This document shows positions 19,695 through 29,670 of a stretch of DNA of 64,000 nt, in pieces. Source of the stretch: an uncultured Bacteriovoracaceae bacterium (GTDB lineage Bacteria; Bdellovibrionota; Bacteriovoracia; Bacteriovoracales; Bacteriovoracaceae); NCBI GenBank assembly GCA_964012805.1, contig CAXGUD010000002.1, positions 64,001 through 128,000 on the forward strand, read 5' to 3'. The notes under the pieces were generated by a model. That model ran no database searches. It was not told where the DNA came from and was given only the letters and a program-made list of their open reading frames with translations. The first letter of the stretch is position 1. Every line of letters starts with the position of its first letter. A program made the translations under genes and the position numbers.

Positions 19695-20771
19695 TTATGG
19701 CCCAACTCCACTAATTTTTTGGATTTGAACGCTAACCTCTTCTTCACTCTCAAAAAAATCTTTATAAAAATTCTTCACGACAAAGGTTCTTTCACGACTC
19801 TCCTCTGATTTTAAAAGTAATTTATAAGACATCATTTCGCCTAAATATTGAGCTTCTTTAATAACTCCTTTCAATGAGCTTTTCTCTAGCTTCGAACCTT
19901 TATCAACTTTCTTTAAAACAATATCGTGTGGCCTTAATATATATTCCTCTTTTTCCTCTTCTTCGAGGACAAGCTCTTTATCAAGACCTTTAAAATAAAA
20001 GGCTTCTTTTTTCGTCAAAAAATTGGCCTCGCCTAAAAATGATGCGACAAATGAATTTTTTGGGCCATTGTATAGCTCTCTTCCAAGACCTGATTGAACA
20101 AGCTGCCCCTTATTCATAATCAAAAGCCTATCGGCGAAAGAAAACGCCTCCTCCTGATCATGGGTTACGAGGATAACACTTGTCTTATTGGCCTTAAGGA
20201 TTTTCTTCATGTCTTCACGTAAACGAACCCTGAGGTGAGCATCTAAACCACTAAAAGGTTCATCTAGTAAAAGAACATCAGGATTAGGAGCCAAGGCCCT
20301 GGCCAAGGCCACTCTTTGTTGTTCTCCGCCTGAAAGAGTATGAGGGAGTTTTTTTTCAAAACCTGGAAGACCTACTAGGGAAAGAAGAGAAGAAACTCTT
20401 TCCCTTATAAATTTTTTATTTTCTCCATTTCCTTTTTTCTTGCCTTTTTTGGATGAGAGACCAAAAGAAATATTATCAAAGACGTTCATATGAGGAAAAA
20501 GGGCCAAATCTTGGAAAACCATCATAATATTCCTCTTTTCAGGAGGAATATTAAGTCTACCACTAAAGACAAAGTTATTTTCAACGAGGATTTCACCTTT
20601 ATCAGGTCTTTCAAAACCTGTAATCATTCGAAGCAAAGTCGATTTTCCACAGCCTGATGGACCTAAAATAGCAAGGATCTCCTCTTTCTTTAAAGAAAAA
20701 GTTAAATCACTTACAGCTTTATGCTCTCCAAATATCTTTAAAAGGTTTTTACATGATAAAACATGGCTCAA
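19695..20771 (-). CDS. fbpC: Fe3+ ABC transporter ATP-binding subunit
   Basis: GPSGCGKST, LSGGEQQR, LLLDEPF, THDQEEA; TOBE-like tail; operon context. Confidence 0.88.
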   Translation of the reverse strand: MSHVLSCKNLLKIFGEHKAVSDLTFSLKKEEILAILGPSGCGKSTLLRMITGFERPDKGEILVENNFVFSGRLNIPPEKRNIMMVFQDLALFPHMNVFDNISFGLSSKKGKKKGNGENKKFIRERVSSLLSLVGLPGFEKKLPHTLSGGEQQRVALARALAPNPDVLLLDEPFSGLDAHLRVRLREDMKKILKANKTSVILVTHDQEEAFSFADRLLIMNKGQLVQSGLGRELYNGPKNSFVASFLGEANFLTKKEAFYFKGLDKELVLEEEEKEEYILRPHDIVLKKVDKGSKLEKSSLKGVIKEAQYLGEMMSYKLLLKSEESRERTFVVKNFYKDFFESEEEVSVQIQKISGVGP

Positions 20772-22432
20772 CTTTCTTTCTCCTCTTCTTTTAAATTATT
20801 CCTCTTCCCCCCAAAAGGGTGGCCTAAAATAATTAAGGGTAAAAGGCCTGATAAGACTATCGCGACTCCCCAAGGGGCAGACTCCATTAATCTTTCATCA
20901 CTACTCAATTCATAGAGTCTCGTAGCGAGGGTATTATAATTGAAGGGCCTTAACATTAATGTCGCCGGTAACTCCTTCATTGAATCAACAAAAACTAAAA
21001 TCAAAGATGTGGCCAAAGATCTTTTTAAAAGTGGTCCATGAATTTTAGAAACTCTGTCAAAAACGCCAGCTCCAAGCTGAATAGCAGCTTCATCCATTTT
21101 AGGTGTAATACGTAAAAAGCCAGTTTGAATCGAGCCATAGGATAAAACAAAGAAACGGATCAAGTAGGCCAAAAGAATGGCCGCCACACTACCGCTGAAT
21201 ATAAGACCCGTCCCATTTCCAAAAAGAGAAAGAGCGATAGAGTCTATAAAGTTATCAAATTTAGCTAGGGGGATTAGAACTCCTAAGGCCAAAACAGGTC
21301 CAGGTATCGAGTAACCTAAAGTTGCAAAAGATACCATCCCCTCAACAAGCCTGTTTTTCCCTAAACTTCTTTGGATATAATTAAAAAGAAGAGAAAAGAG
21401 AAGGCAAAGCCCTCCAGCACTTAAGGCCAAAAAGATCGTGTGCCCTAAATCATTTAAAAAGCGCGAAAACTCGATTTGACCGATATGAGAAAAACTCCAA
21501 AAAAGAAGCAGAGAAAAAGGAAAGAGAAAACCAAAAAAAAGTGGAATTAAACATAGAGAAAAAGCGGCAAAACCTTTTAAACCCTTGAGCTCTTTAAGCT
21601 CCATTTGCCTGTGATTACCCTTAAGGGAATAATAACTCTTTTGGCTTCGAGACCATTTCTCTAACGTTATAAAAAGAATCATAAAGCTTAAAAGCATAGA
21701 AGCTAATTGAGCCGCTCCCCCTAAATTATTCATTTGAAGCCAAACACTATAAATCCCTGACGTTAAAGTCGGCACGCCAAAAAAGTGGACAGTACCAAAA
21801 TCAGAGGCAGCTTCCATGAGAACAAGACTGAGGCCCAAAGTTAGAGAAGGTCGGCTAAGGGGAAGAATCACTGAGGTAAAACTACGAATGGGACCTTTAC
21901 CCAAAGACCTAGAAACCTCGAAAAACCTTTGAGATTGCTCCATAAAAGCAGACCGAGTCGTCATAAAGACATAGGGAAAGAGGATAAAGCTTAAAACAAC
22001 TGTAACGCCTCCTAAACTAGCTATTTCAGGAAACCAATATTCACTTGCTGTTTGAAAACCAAACAATTTTCTGATGAGGGATTGAAAAGGGCCACTATAC
22101 TCGAAAAACTGAAGGTAAACCGTTCCAATAACAAAACCAGGTATAGCAAGGGGAAGAATTAAAAATTTTTGAAATAGCTGACGCCCTGGAAATTTAAAAA
22201 AGGAGACTAAAGTTGCCGTGACAAGACCTAAAAAGAATGAACCAATACCAACACCAATCATTAATAAAAAGGTATTTTTAATATAACCTGGTAGAACCGT
22301 TTCCCAAAGGTGCTTAAAAACTGGCTCATCAGGTGAAACGGATAAGAGTAGAGTTGAAAAGAAAGGAAGGGAAAAAAGAGCAGACAAAACGAGAAGGACC
22401 CAGACCCTTTTTAACCTTAGGACCTTTTTCAT
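20768..22432 (-). CDS. fbpB: Fe3+ ABC transporter permease
   Basis: Duplicated permease; DFGTVHFFGV and MKELPATLMLRPFN motifs. Confidence 0.9.
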   Translation of the reverse strand: MKKVLRLKRVWVLLVLSALFSLPFFSTLLLSVSPDEPVFKHLWETVLPGYIKNTFLLMIGVGIGSFFLGLVTATLVSFFKFPGRQLFQKFLILPLAIPGFVIGTVYLQFFEYSGPFQSLIRKLFGFQTASEYWFPEIASLGGVTVVLSFILFPYVFMTTRSAFMEQSQRFFEVSRSLGKGPIRSFTSVILPLSRPSLTLGLSLVLMEAASDFGTVHFFGVPTLTSGIYSVWLQMNNLGGAAQLASMLLSFMILFITLEKWSRSQKSYYSLKGNHRQMELKELKGLKGFAAFSLCLIPLFFGFLFPFSLLLFWSFSHIGQIEFSRFLNDLGHTIFLALSAGGLCLLFSLLFNYIQRSLGKNRLVEGMVSFATLGYSIPGPVLALGVLIPLAKFDNFIDSIALSLFGNGTGLIFSGSVAAILLAYLIRFFVLSYGSIQTGFLRITPKMDEAAIQLGAGVFDRVSKIHGPLLKRSLATSLILVFVDSMKELPATLMLRPFNYNTLATRLYELSSDERLMESAPWGVAIVLSGLLPLIILGHPFGGKRNNLKEEEKES

Positions 22433-22447
22433 CTACAACATTCTCCC

Positions 22448-23512
22448 TTACTCAAAGCCAGCTTTATTTAGAAGTTTAATGGACTTAGACCTAAGCTCAG
22501 ATAATTTTACTAAGGCCTTGAGGTCTCTTTTGAAATATCCATTCGTAATTCCTAGCTGGTTTGCTCCAAAGGATTTTACAATCCCCGATACCGGGACCCC
22601 TTCTTTAAGTGGGTACTCGTGATTAACTTGTCCATACATGTGCTGTGCCAGGCTTCCTGTAAGAAACTCGACAAGCTTTCTCGCCCCTTCTACATTACGA
22701 CTGCTCTTGGTAATTCCAACACCCGTAATGTTTATGTGAGAGCCTGAGGTTTTCTGGTTTGGAAAAAAGATACCTGTCCGACTTGCCCACTCCCTTTGAC
22801 TAGGTTTTTCTAACATTTTTCCCATGTAGTAAGTATTCCCAAGGGATATGTCACAAAGACCTTCACTAATGGCCTTAACTTGACTTCTATCATTTCCTTG
22901 GGGCTTCCTGGCCAGGTTTTCTCTCACCTTTTTTGCCCAATTGAGGGCAAACGCCTCTCCATGATGAAAGACTAAAGAGCTCAGAAGGCTTACATTGTAA
23001 GGGTGTAAACCAGAACGAGAGCATATCCTTCCCTTAAACTTTTTTGACATCAAATCTTCATAGGAGCCTAGGTTTTTTGGATTCACTCTTTTTTTAGAAT
23101 AATAGATTATTCTGGCCCTAGCAGAAAGGCCCACCCAATAACCCTTTGGGTCCCTAAAATCTTTAGGGATATTTTTTTCAACTTTTTTGAGATTAAGCTT
23201 TTGAAGAAGACCTTCTTTGGACAGTAACTCTAAATTGGCTATGTCTGCCGTTAAAACTAGGTCAGCAGGAGAATTTTTCCCCTCAGCTTTGAGCCTTTGG
23301 ATGATTCCCTTCTTCATAGTGACAACATTTACTTTGATCTTACTTGTACTTTCAAACGCTTTTAAAAGAGGTCTTAGTAAAAACTCTTGCCTATAAGAAT
23401 ATAGGTTTACTTCCTTCAAATTTTTAGAGGCATAAGATTTAGTTGAAAATAAGGACAATACAAAAAGGCAGTTCCTAAATAATTTGGCCAATGAAAACAA
23501 TATTAACATCAA
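22448..23512 (-). CDS. fbpA: Fe3+ ABC transporter binding protein (FbpA/FutA-like)
   Basis: VNLYSYR, EGKNSPAD, RARII, PQGNDRSQ, NTYYMG tandem Tyr iron ligands, NHEYP. Confidence 0.9.
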   Translation of the reverse strand: MMLILFSLAKLFRNCLFVLSLFSTKSYASKNLKEVNLYSYRQEFLLRPLLKAFESTSKIKVNVVTMKKGIIQRLKAEGKNSPADLVLTADIANLELLSKEGLLQKLNLKKVEKNIPKDFRDPKGYWVGLSARARIIYYSKKRVNPKNLGSYEDLMSKKFKGRICSRSGLHPYNVSLLSSLVFHHGEAFALNWAKKVRENLARKPQGNDRSQVKAISEGLCDISLGNTYYMGKMLEKPSQREWASRTGIFFPNQKTSGSHINITGVGITKSSRNVEGARKLVEFLTGSLAQHMYGQVNHEYPLKEGVPVSGIVKSFGANQLGITNGYFKRDLKALVKLSELRSKSIKLLNKAGFE

Positions 23513-23603
23513 AAACAGTCCCTAGAGACCAGCTGTCTCTATCTCCTTATTAGTAAAGAAAATTTAATTGTGAAAAGAACCTAGATTTTCTTTTTTATTT
23601 ATT

Positions 23604-24098
23604 TTATTTAAGCTCTTCAACGTGGTTAATAACTTCTTTTAGCTCTTCTTCCATAGATTCTCGGTTAGACGCATTATCTTCCAAACGAGATAAAATAACA
23701 ACTGTTGCGGGGTGAACCACAAGCTCTTTCGCAGTTATACAAAGGTCCTTATCTGTTTCAGGAAGAGCCGCTCCTTCATGGTATTGCCCTTCGATTTCTT
23801 CAAGTTTTAGTGTCAGCATTTTGGCTTGAGCCTCTAAGACTTTCTCTAAATAGGCCTTACAGCTTTTATCCTTTTCTTGATAACCGGAAATAACAAGACC
23901 ACCTAACTTAAGTAGTTCATTACTCATAGTCCTAATTTGTCCAAACGACTTTTTCCCTTTAATATTTATAACAAGCTCATTTGCCTTTGCCTTGTAGAGG
24001 CTTATATTTTTATTTAAGTCTTTTTTATCACTTGAAAACATAGCGCAAGAGGAAATCAAGACAAGAATTAGCACTAGTAGAGAAAAAGAAGGTCTCAT
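23604..24098 (-). CDS. Hypothetical helical lipoprotein
   Basis: ATG 24098, lipobox ISSC, two further Cys, YHEGAALP and KELVVHPATV segments. Confidence 0.75.
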   Translation of the reverse strand: MRPSFSLLVLILVLISSCAMFSSDKKDLNKNISLYKAKANELVINIKGKKSFGQIRTMSNELLKLGGLVISGYQEKDKSCKAYLEKVLEAQAKMLTLKLEEIEGQYHEGAALPETDKDLCITAKELVVHPATVVILSRLEDNASNRESMEEELKEVINHVEELK

Positions 24099-24215
24099 TT
24101 TAATATCCTTAGTTAAGATAAATAGGGAAAGGATGACGCGCAGCAAATCCCCATAAAAGTTTCCAAAATGTCCCACGACACAACTTTTTTGTCAAAGAGT
24201 TTTTTGAAGTTCTGA

Positions 24216-24247
24216 AAACTTTTGTTTACCTAAGCAAACAAAAGTTT
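24216..24247 (-). terminator. Hairpin downstream of bfr
   Basis: 14-bp stem AAACTTTTGTTTGC-TTAG-GTAAACAAAAGTTT on the minus strand (one G-U pair). Confidence 0.6.
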
Positions 24248-24264
24248 GTCAAAACACAACTTAA

Positions 24265-24732
24265 CTATTCCATATGACTTTGGATATAGTTTTCAATACC
24301 CATCTGTTGAATTAAATGGAGCTGACTTTCCAACCAGTCGATATGCTCTTCTTCACTTTTAAGAATACTTACAAATAAATCCCTTGAGACATAATCCTGG
24401 AGCTCTTCAGCTTTAGCAGCAAACTTTTTAAGATCATTAAAATTTATATGCTCACATTTAAGGTCTGCTTCAAGGACTTCCTTAACTGAAAGACCTACTT
24501 GAATGCGACCAATTTTTTGAACATTGGGAACCCCCTCTAAAAAAAGGATTCTTTTAATAACTTCATCAGCATGGCTCATTTCATCCATAGAAGCATCATA
24601 TTCTAGTTTTCCTAGCTTCTTGACGCCCCAACTTTCAAGCATTCTTGAGTGAACAATAAATTGATTACCAGCTGTAATTTCATTACAAAGCAGTTGATTT
24701 AAACAGTCTAAAATTTCCGGGTGACCTTTCAT
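24265..24732 (-). CDS. bfr: Bacterioferritin
   Basis: MKG start, NEITA, DEMSHAD (heme Met), RILFLEGVPN, EEEHIDWLE ferroxidase motifs. Confidence 0.96.
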   Translation of the reverse strand: MKGHPEILDCLNQLLCNEITAGNQFIVHSRMLESWGVKKLGKLEYDASMDEMSHADEVIKRILFLEGVPNVQKIGRIQVGLSVKEVLEADLKCEHINFNDLKKFAAKAEELQDYVSRDLFVSILKSEEEHIDWLESQLHLIQQMGIENYIQSHME

Positions 24733-24895
24733 AATAACCTCTCCTTACAAAAATAATGTCGTTCTTCTTTTAATAAAATTAGGAGAAATTATCAAAGGTC
24801 TTTTTTAGATACCTTTCATTCATAAAATCAACAAAAGTTAGAGGATTATTTTAAAGTTTGGGCCGGTCAACAATTCGCTTTTTGGAAAATTTTTT

Positions 24896-25009
24896 TGGTT
24901 AAGACCATAGGGAGTATACCGGTTTTTCAGACCTCGGGATTCCTTTTAACGGCTGGACATCCACAATAGGCCTAAATACAGGTCAGACCCCCTATGGACT
25001 TAATAACCA
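24896..25009 (-). ncRNA. Candidate structured non-coding RNA (long imperfect hairpin), family unknown
   Basis: Nested helices closing an 11-nt loop; three + strand A-C mismatches become G-U pairs on the minus strand; GC-richer than flanks; no ORF. Confidence 0.55.
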
Positions 25010-25198
25010 GGAGATCTTTGTGCAAAGGCTGCCTAGGAAAATTGTCTCTCGTCTTAGAAAAAAAATCTACCCTGAAAGTTTCTCCTTCATGAAAATTTTA
25101 CAATTCTAGGATCACACTTTAAATAAATAGGAGACAGCAGACTAAAACCGACACCTGACGCACAACACCACAAAAGAAAAAAAATTAAGGAATAGTAA

Positions 25199-25696
25199 AT
25201 GAACACAGAAAAAAACGATTACCCACTTCTTTTAAAACAAATTGACTCCTTAATCGATGTAAAAACTGGATTTCTTCCAAACTTAGGAAACATCCTTGCC
25301 ATTATCAAGGAAAGTCTTCCTCTCTTGTGGGTGGGAACGTACATTGTTAAAAACGACAATTTGATCTTAGGCCCCTTTCAAGGTCCTCCGGCCTGCACAC
25401 TCATTCCTAAAGGTAAGGGGGTTTGCGGTCAAAGCTGGGAAAAAGAAAAGCCTTTTCTTGTTCCTGATGTCCACAAATTTGAAGGTCATATAGCCTGTAG
25501 CCCGGACTCTAAATCTGAAATTGTTATTCCTCTGTGGGACCAAAATAAAAAAATCTTTATGGTCTTAGATATAGATAGCGATAAATTAAATGGCCTATCC
25601 ACAGAAGACCTCGTTTTTTTTCAAGAGGTCTCTCTTAAAATAGAGAAAATTTACCGCAAAAGTCCTGAGGTACTAAAGACCGCCTACTTCGGGTAA
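25199..25696 (+). CDS. msrC: GAF-domain free methionine-R-sulfoxide reductase
   Basis: LGPFQGPPAC, GKGVCG, HIACS, SEIVIP, LDIDS. Confidence 0.88.
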   Translation: MNTEKNDYPLLLKQIDSLIDVKTGFLPNLGNILAIIKESLPLLWVGTYIVKNDNLILGPFQGPPACTLIPKGKGVCGQSWEKEKPFLVPDVHKFEGHIACSPDSKSEIVIPLWDQNKKIFMVLDIDSDKLNGLSTEDLVFFQEVSLKIEKIYRKSPEVLKTAYFG

Positions 25697-25749
25697 AATT
25701 AAATTGTTGCATAATAAAAAATTTTGATTTCGAAGGTAATAAACTTAAA

Positions 25750-27843
25750 ATGGCAAATTCTCTCTATATCTCGTCCAATGAGGCCAGATCTGGCAAATCT
25801 CTGGTAAGTCTTGCCCTTACTGACCTCCTTTTAAAGAGAGTCCAAAGAGTTGGTTTTTTCAAACCCATAATAGATCGAAAAGAAGGTCAACAAAAAGACT
25901 CTCATATCAAACTGGTTCTTGAATATTTTAACTTATCAATACCTTACGAAAAGACATTTGGGTTGTACTGGGATCAAGTGAATGAATATATTTCCCAAGG
26001 GCTAAAAGGAAAGGTTTTCGAACTTATTTTAGAAAAGTATAAAAACTTAGAGGATGATTGTGACTTCATACTTTGTGAAGGAACAAATTTTAAAAGCTCA
26101 AATACCTCCTTTGAAGCTGAGCTAAATATAGAAATCGCTCAAAACCTATCAACTCCTGTTCTTATAGTCGGAAATGCTAAAGACAAATATGAGAGGTCGA
26201 TTACCTCTCTTATAAAAAACTCATTTCAGGGCTTTAAGTCCCAGGGAGTAAACGTCCTTGGCAGCATTATCAATAGAGTTCCTGAAGAGAATAAAGAATT
26301 TTTAAAAAAAACAATTCGAAAAAAGTTTAGAGATAGTTTTGTTATTAACGCTCTCATTCCTGAAGACCCTCTTCTTATATCCCCTACAATGAGAGAAGTC
26401 ACCCAATACTTAAAAGCAGAAGTTCTTTATGGGAAAGAAAAGCTATCTCATCAAGCCTACCGCTACTCTATTGCGGCCATGCACCTCTCAAATTATTTAG
26501 AGCGCCTGACTGATCATTGCCTTGTCATTACTCCAGGGGATAGAGACGATATTATAATGGGTGTCCTTATGGCCCATAGGTCAAAAAACTTTCCGGCAAT
26601 AGCAGGCATTATTCTTTCTTCTGGTGTAAGGCCCTCAAAGACGGTCCTTTCTCTTCTCGATGGACTTCCTTACTCTTTACCCATTCTATCCACTGAATAC
26701 AATACTTTTGAGACAGCCTCGCTTTTAGATGACCTCCACTCTCAATTTCTTCCTGAAGAACCAGATAAGATTTATTTTGCTCTTAAAAAATTTGAAGAGT
26801 ATGTAGACACTGAGCTTTTATCCAAAAAAATAGTTCAAATTAAGTCTGATGCTCTATCTCCAAAAATGTTTGAGTATATATGTACACAAAAAGCAAAAAA
26901 AAGAAGGTCCCATATTGTTCTTCCTGAGGGGTCGGACTCCAGAGTCTTAAAAGCAACTCATCATCTTCTAGAAAGGAATATCGTCGAAATAACGCTTCTA
27001 GGAGACATTGAACAAATAAAGTCAGAAGCCTCCAAACTGGGGCTAAACTTGTCTAGGGCAAACCTGGTTGACCCTACACTTTCCGATAATTTTGAAAAAT
27101 ACACGACTGTTCTTTACAACCTTAGAAAGCATAAAGGACTCACAATGGATGGGGCAAAAGACCTCATGAGCGACGTCTCTTACTATGGTACAATGATGGT
27201 TCACCTGGACGACGCAGACGGAATGGTTTCAGGAGCTGTTCACACAACTCAACATACGATAAGACCTGCCCTTCAATTTATAAAGACTAGGCCTGATGTC
27301 AAAGCAGTTTCATCCGTCTTTTTCATGTGTCTTTCTGACAGAGTTTTGGTTTACGGCGACTGTGCCATAAATCCAAACCCTGATAGTGAACTGCTTGCTG
27401 AAATTGCCATTGCTTCTGCAGAAACTGCCGAGTCTTTTGGTATTGAGGCCAAAGTTGCTATGCTTTCCTATTCATCTGGATCCTCTGGGAAGGGAGAGGA
27501 TGTCGAAAAGGTGAAAAAGGCGACAGAAATTGTGAAGGAGAAAAAACCTGACTTAAAAATAGAAGGCCCTATTCAATATGATGCTGCCGTTGACCCTGAA
27601 GTTGGGCAAAAAAAGATTCCTGGCTCAAAGGTAGCAGGCCAAGCAACCGTACTTATTTTCCCTGACTTAAATACGGGTAATAATACCTACAAAGCTGTTC
27701 AAAGAGAAACTGGAGCTGTTGCTATTGGTCCCCTTCTTCAAGGACTCAACAAACCTGTGAACGATTTAAGTAGAGGTTGCACCGTTCCCGATATTGTTAA
27801 TACAGTCATCATGACGGCCATTCAGGCGCAGGAATTACACTAA
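25750..27843 (+). CDS. pta: Phosphate acetyltransferase (long form with BioD-like and DRTGG domains)
   Basis: ITPGDRDD, IVLPEG, GAVHTT, YGDCAINP, GPIQYDAA, NDLSRG. Confidence 0.96.
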   Translation: MANSLYISSNEARSGKSLVSLALTDLLLKRVQRVGFFKPIIDRKEGQQKDSHIKLVLEYFNLSIPYEKTFGLYWDQVNEYISQGLKGKVFELILEKYKNLEDDCDFILCEGTNFKSSNTSFEAELNIEIAQNLSTPVLIVGNAKDKYERSITSLIKNSFQGFKSQGVNVLGSIINRVPEENKEFLKKTIRKKFRDSFVINALIPEDPLLISPTMREVTQYLKAEVLYGKEKLSHQAYRYSIAAMHLSNYLERLTDHCLVITPGDRDDIIMGVLMAHRSKNFPAIAGIILSSGVRPSKTVLSLLDGLPYSLPILSTEYNTFETASLLDDLHSQFLPEEPDKIYFALKKFEEYVDTELLSKKIVQIKSDALSPKMFEYICTQKAKKRRSHIVLPEGSDSRVLKATHHLLERNIVEITLLGDIEQIKSEASKLGLNLSRANLVDPTLSDNFEKYTTVLYNLRKHKGLTMDGAKDLMSDVSYYGTMMVHLDDADGMVSGAVHTTQHTIRPALQFIKTRPDVKAVSSVFFMCLSDRVLVYGDCAINPNPDSELLAEIAIASAETAESFGIEAKVAMLSYSSGSSGKGEDVEKVKKATEIVKEKKPDLKIEGPIQYDAAVDPEVGQKKIPGSKVAGQATVLIFPDLNTGNNTYKAVQRETGAVAIGPLLQGLNKPVNDLSRGCTVPDIVNTVIMTAIQAQELH

Positions 27844-29048
27844 TGAAAATTCTTGTCTTAAATGCAGGAAGTTCTTCCCTTAAATATAAAATCTTTGATT
27901 TAGACCATGATTTAGTTTTGGCCTCAGGCTTGGTTGAAAAAATTGGAGAAGAAAAGGCACAGCTTATTTATGAAACCAAAAGTAAGAAAACCTATGAAGA
28001 GGAAGCACCCTTTAAAAATCATAAAGAAGCTTTGGAAAAAATAATCTCAATTCTTCTGGATAAAAAGCTTGGGGTTTTAAATAGCGTTTCCGAACTTCAA
28101 GGCGTTGGCCATAGAGTGGTCCATGGTGGAGAAAGTTTTAAAATCCCTTGTAAAGTGAATGAAGAGGTTTTAAAGGGAATAGAAAAAATGATTCCACTTG
28201 CCCCCCTTCACAATCCTCCAAACCTTGAAGGCCTTAAAGTTTCCATGTCCCTCTTCCCTAAGGTACCTCAAGTTGCCGTCTTTGATACTTCTTTTCATCA
28301 GACAATGCCTAAGCATGCTTTTAGATATGCCTTGCCAGAAGACCTGTATGAGAAACATGGTTTAAGGAGGTACGGGTTTCATGGTACAAGTCACCATTAT
28401 GTAGCGAAAGTTGCTGCAAACTATTTAAATATTCCCATTGAAAAATTAAATGCAATCACATTTCATTTAGGTAATGGCGGATCAATGGCCGCTATAAAAG
28501 GCGGTAAGAGCATTGATACTAGCATGGGAATGACTCCCCTTGAGGGACTTGTTATGGGGACAAGGTCCGGTGATATTGACCCCGCTATTCCCTTTTTTTT
28601 AGAAAGAGAATTAAAAATGGATTTAAAATCCATAGACCTACTATTAAATAAGAAAAGTGGCTTAAAAGGCATTTGTGGAAAAAATGATATAAGAGATATT
28701 AGTAGACTTTCAAAAAATGGAGATGAAAAGGCCACATTGGCCCTTAATATTTATTGTTACCGAATAAAAAAATACCTGGGAGCCTATCTCGCTCTTTTGC
28801 CAAAATTAGATGCACTTGTTTTTACGGCGGGGATAGGAGAGAATTCAACTCTTGTTAGAGAGATGATTTTAAAAGACCTTAATCATTTAGGCATAAACCT
28901 AGATCAAGAAAAAAATAAGAATGTAAAGAGAGGCACCATACAGGCAATTCAAGCGGAGGGCAAAGATCAAACGGTAATCAAAATACTTGTCGTTCCAACT
29001 GATGAAGAAAAGGAAATAGCCTCCCAAACAAAAGGCATTCTTAATTAA
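27843..29048 (+). CDS. ackA: Acetate kinase
   Basis: LNAGSSSLK, GHRVVHGG, APLHNP, RYGFHGTSH, TSMGMTPLEG, FTAGIGEN. Confidence 0.97.
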   Translation: MKILVLNAGSSSLKYKIFDLDHDLVLASGLVEKIGEEKAQLIYETKSKKTYEEEAPFKNHKEALEKIISILLDKKLGVLNSVSELQGVGHRVVHGGESFKIPCKVNEEVLKGIEKMIPLAPLHNPPNLEGLKVSMSLFPKVPQVAVFDTSFHQTMPKHAFRYALPEDLYEKHGLRRYGFHGTSHHYVAKVAANYLNIPIEKLNAITFHLGNGGSMAAIKGGKSIDTSMGMTPLEGLVMGTRSGDIDPAIPFFLERELKMDLKSIDLLLNKKSGLKGICGKNDIRDISRLSKNGDEKATLALNIYCYRIKKYLGAYLALLPKLDALVFTAGIGENSTLVREMILKDLNHLGINLDQEKNKNVKRGTIQAIQAEGKDQTVIKILVVPTDEEKEIASQTKGILN

Positions 29049-29189
29049 AGTAGATCCCCTTTAAAGCTTCTTATTCATTAAATTTATTTTCCTTAGTTAC
29101 ATTTGTTTAATTTTTCTTTGTGTAGACAAAGCTAATCATTTAATTAAAAATTGAACGCACTTTTATTAATTATTTTTAGGAGTTGTATT

Positions 29190-29615
29190 ATGTCAAATAA
29201 TGACGCAATTAATGTAACAAAAGATCAAATCGAAGCCTTTAACGACAAAAATTGGGACAAGTGGCTAAGCTTAACTGCTGACAACTGTGTTTATGATGAA
29301 GTTGCTACCCAAAATAAGATTGAAGGTAGTGAAAAAATCGTAGAAATAATGAAAGCCTGGAAGGAAGCATTTCCAAATGTTAAGGGTGTTATTAATCATG
29401 CGACAACAGATGGAAAACATGCAACATTGCAAGTGACATGGATTGGAAAACACACAGGTCCTCTTCAAACACCTAATGGAAATATTCCCCCAACAGGAAA
29501 AGAAATACAAATCAGAGGCTGCTATATTGGCGAAATTGAAAATGGAAAGGTTAAAAAATGCGATAACTACTTTGATATGATGACTATGATGACTCAGCTA
29601 GGTTTAGCGAACTAA
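29190..29615 (+). CDS. SnoaL-like ester cyclase family protein
   Basis: AFP, GKHTGPL..IPPTGK, YFDMMTMMTQLG; AGGAG RBS before ATG 29190. Confidence 0.85.
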   Translation: MSNNDAINVTKDQIEAFNDKNWDKWLSLTADNCVYDEVATQNKIEGSEKIVEIMKAWKEAFPNVKGVINHATTDGKHATLQVTWIGKHTGPLQTPNGNIPPTGKEIQIRGCYIGEIENGKVKKCDNYFDMMTMMTQLGLAN

Positions 29616-29621
29616 TAAGTT

Positions 29622-29649
29622 TTTGGGCCAACCTCAAAGTTGGCCCAAA
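29622..29649. terminator. Hairpin between convergent genes
   Basis: TTTGGGCCAAC-CTCAAA-GTTGGCCCAAA perfect 11-bp stem. Confidence 0.75.
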
Positions 29650-29670
29650 CCTTAAAAGCACATATGCTTC

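Noticed and set aside
23513..23603. Fur box upstream of fbpA
   Set aside because: No convincing GATAATGATAATCATTATC match; only a small TAGAGAC/GTCTCTA hairpin
24896..25009. SRP (4.5S) RNA or retron msr-msd identity for the long hairpin
   Set aside because: No CAGG-x-CCGGAAGGAAGCAGC helix-8 motif on either strand; no reverse transcriptase in the window
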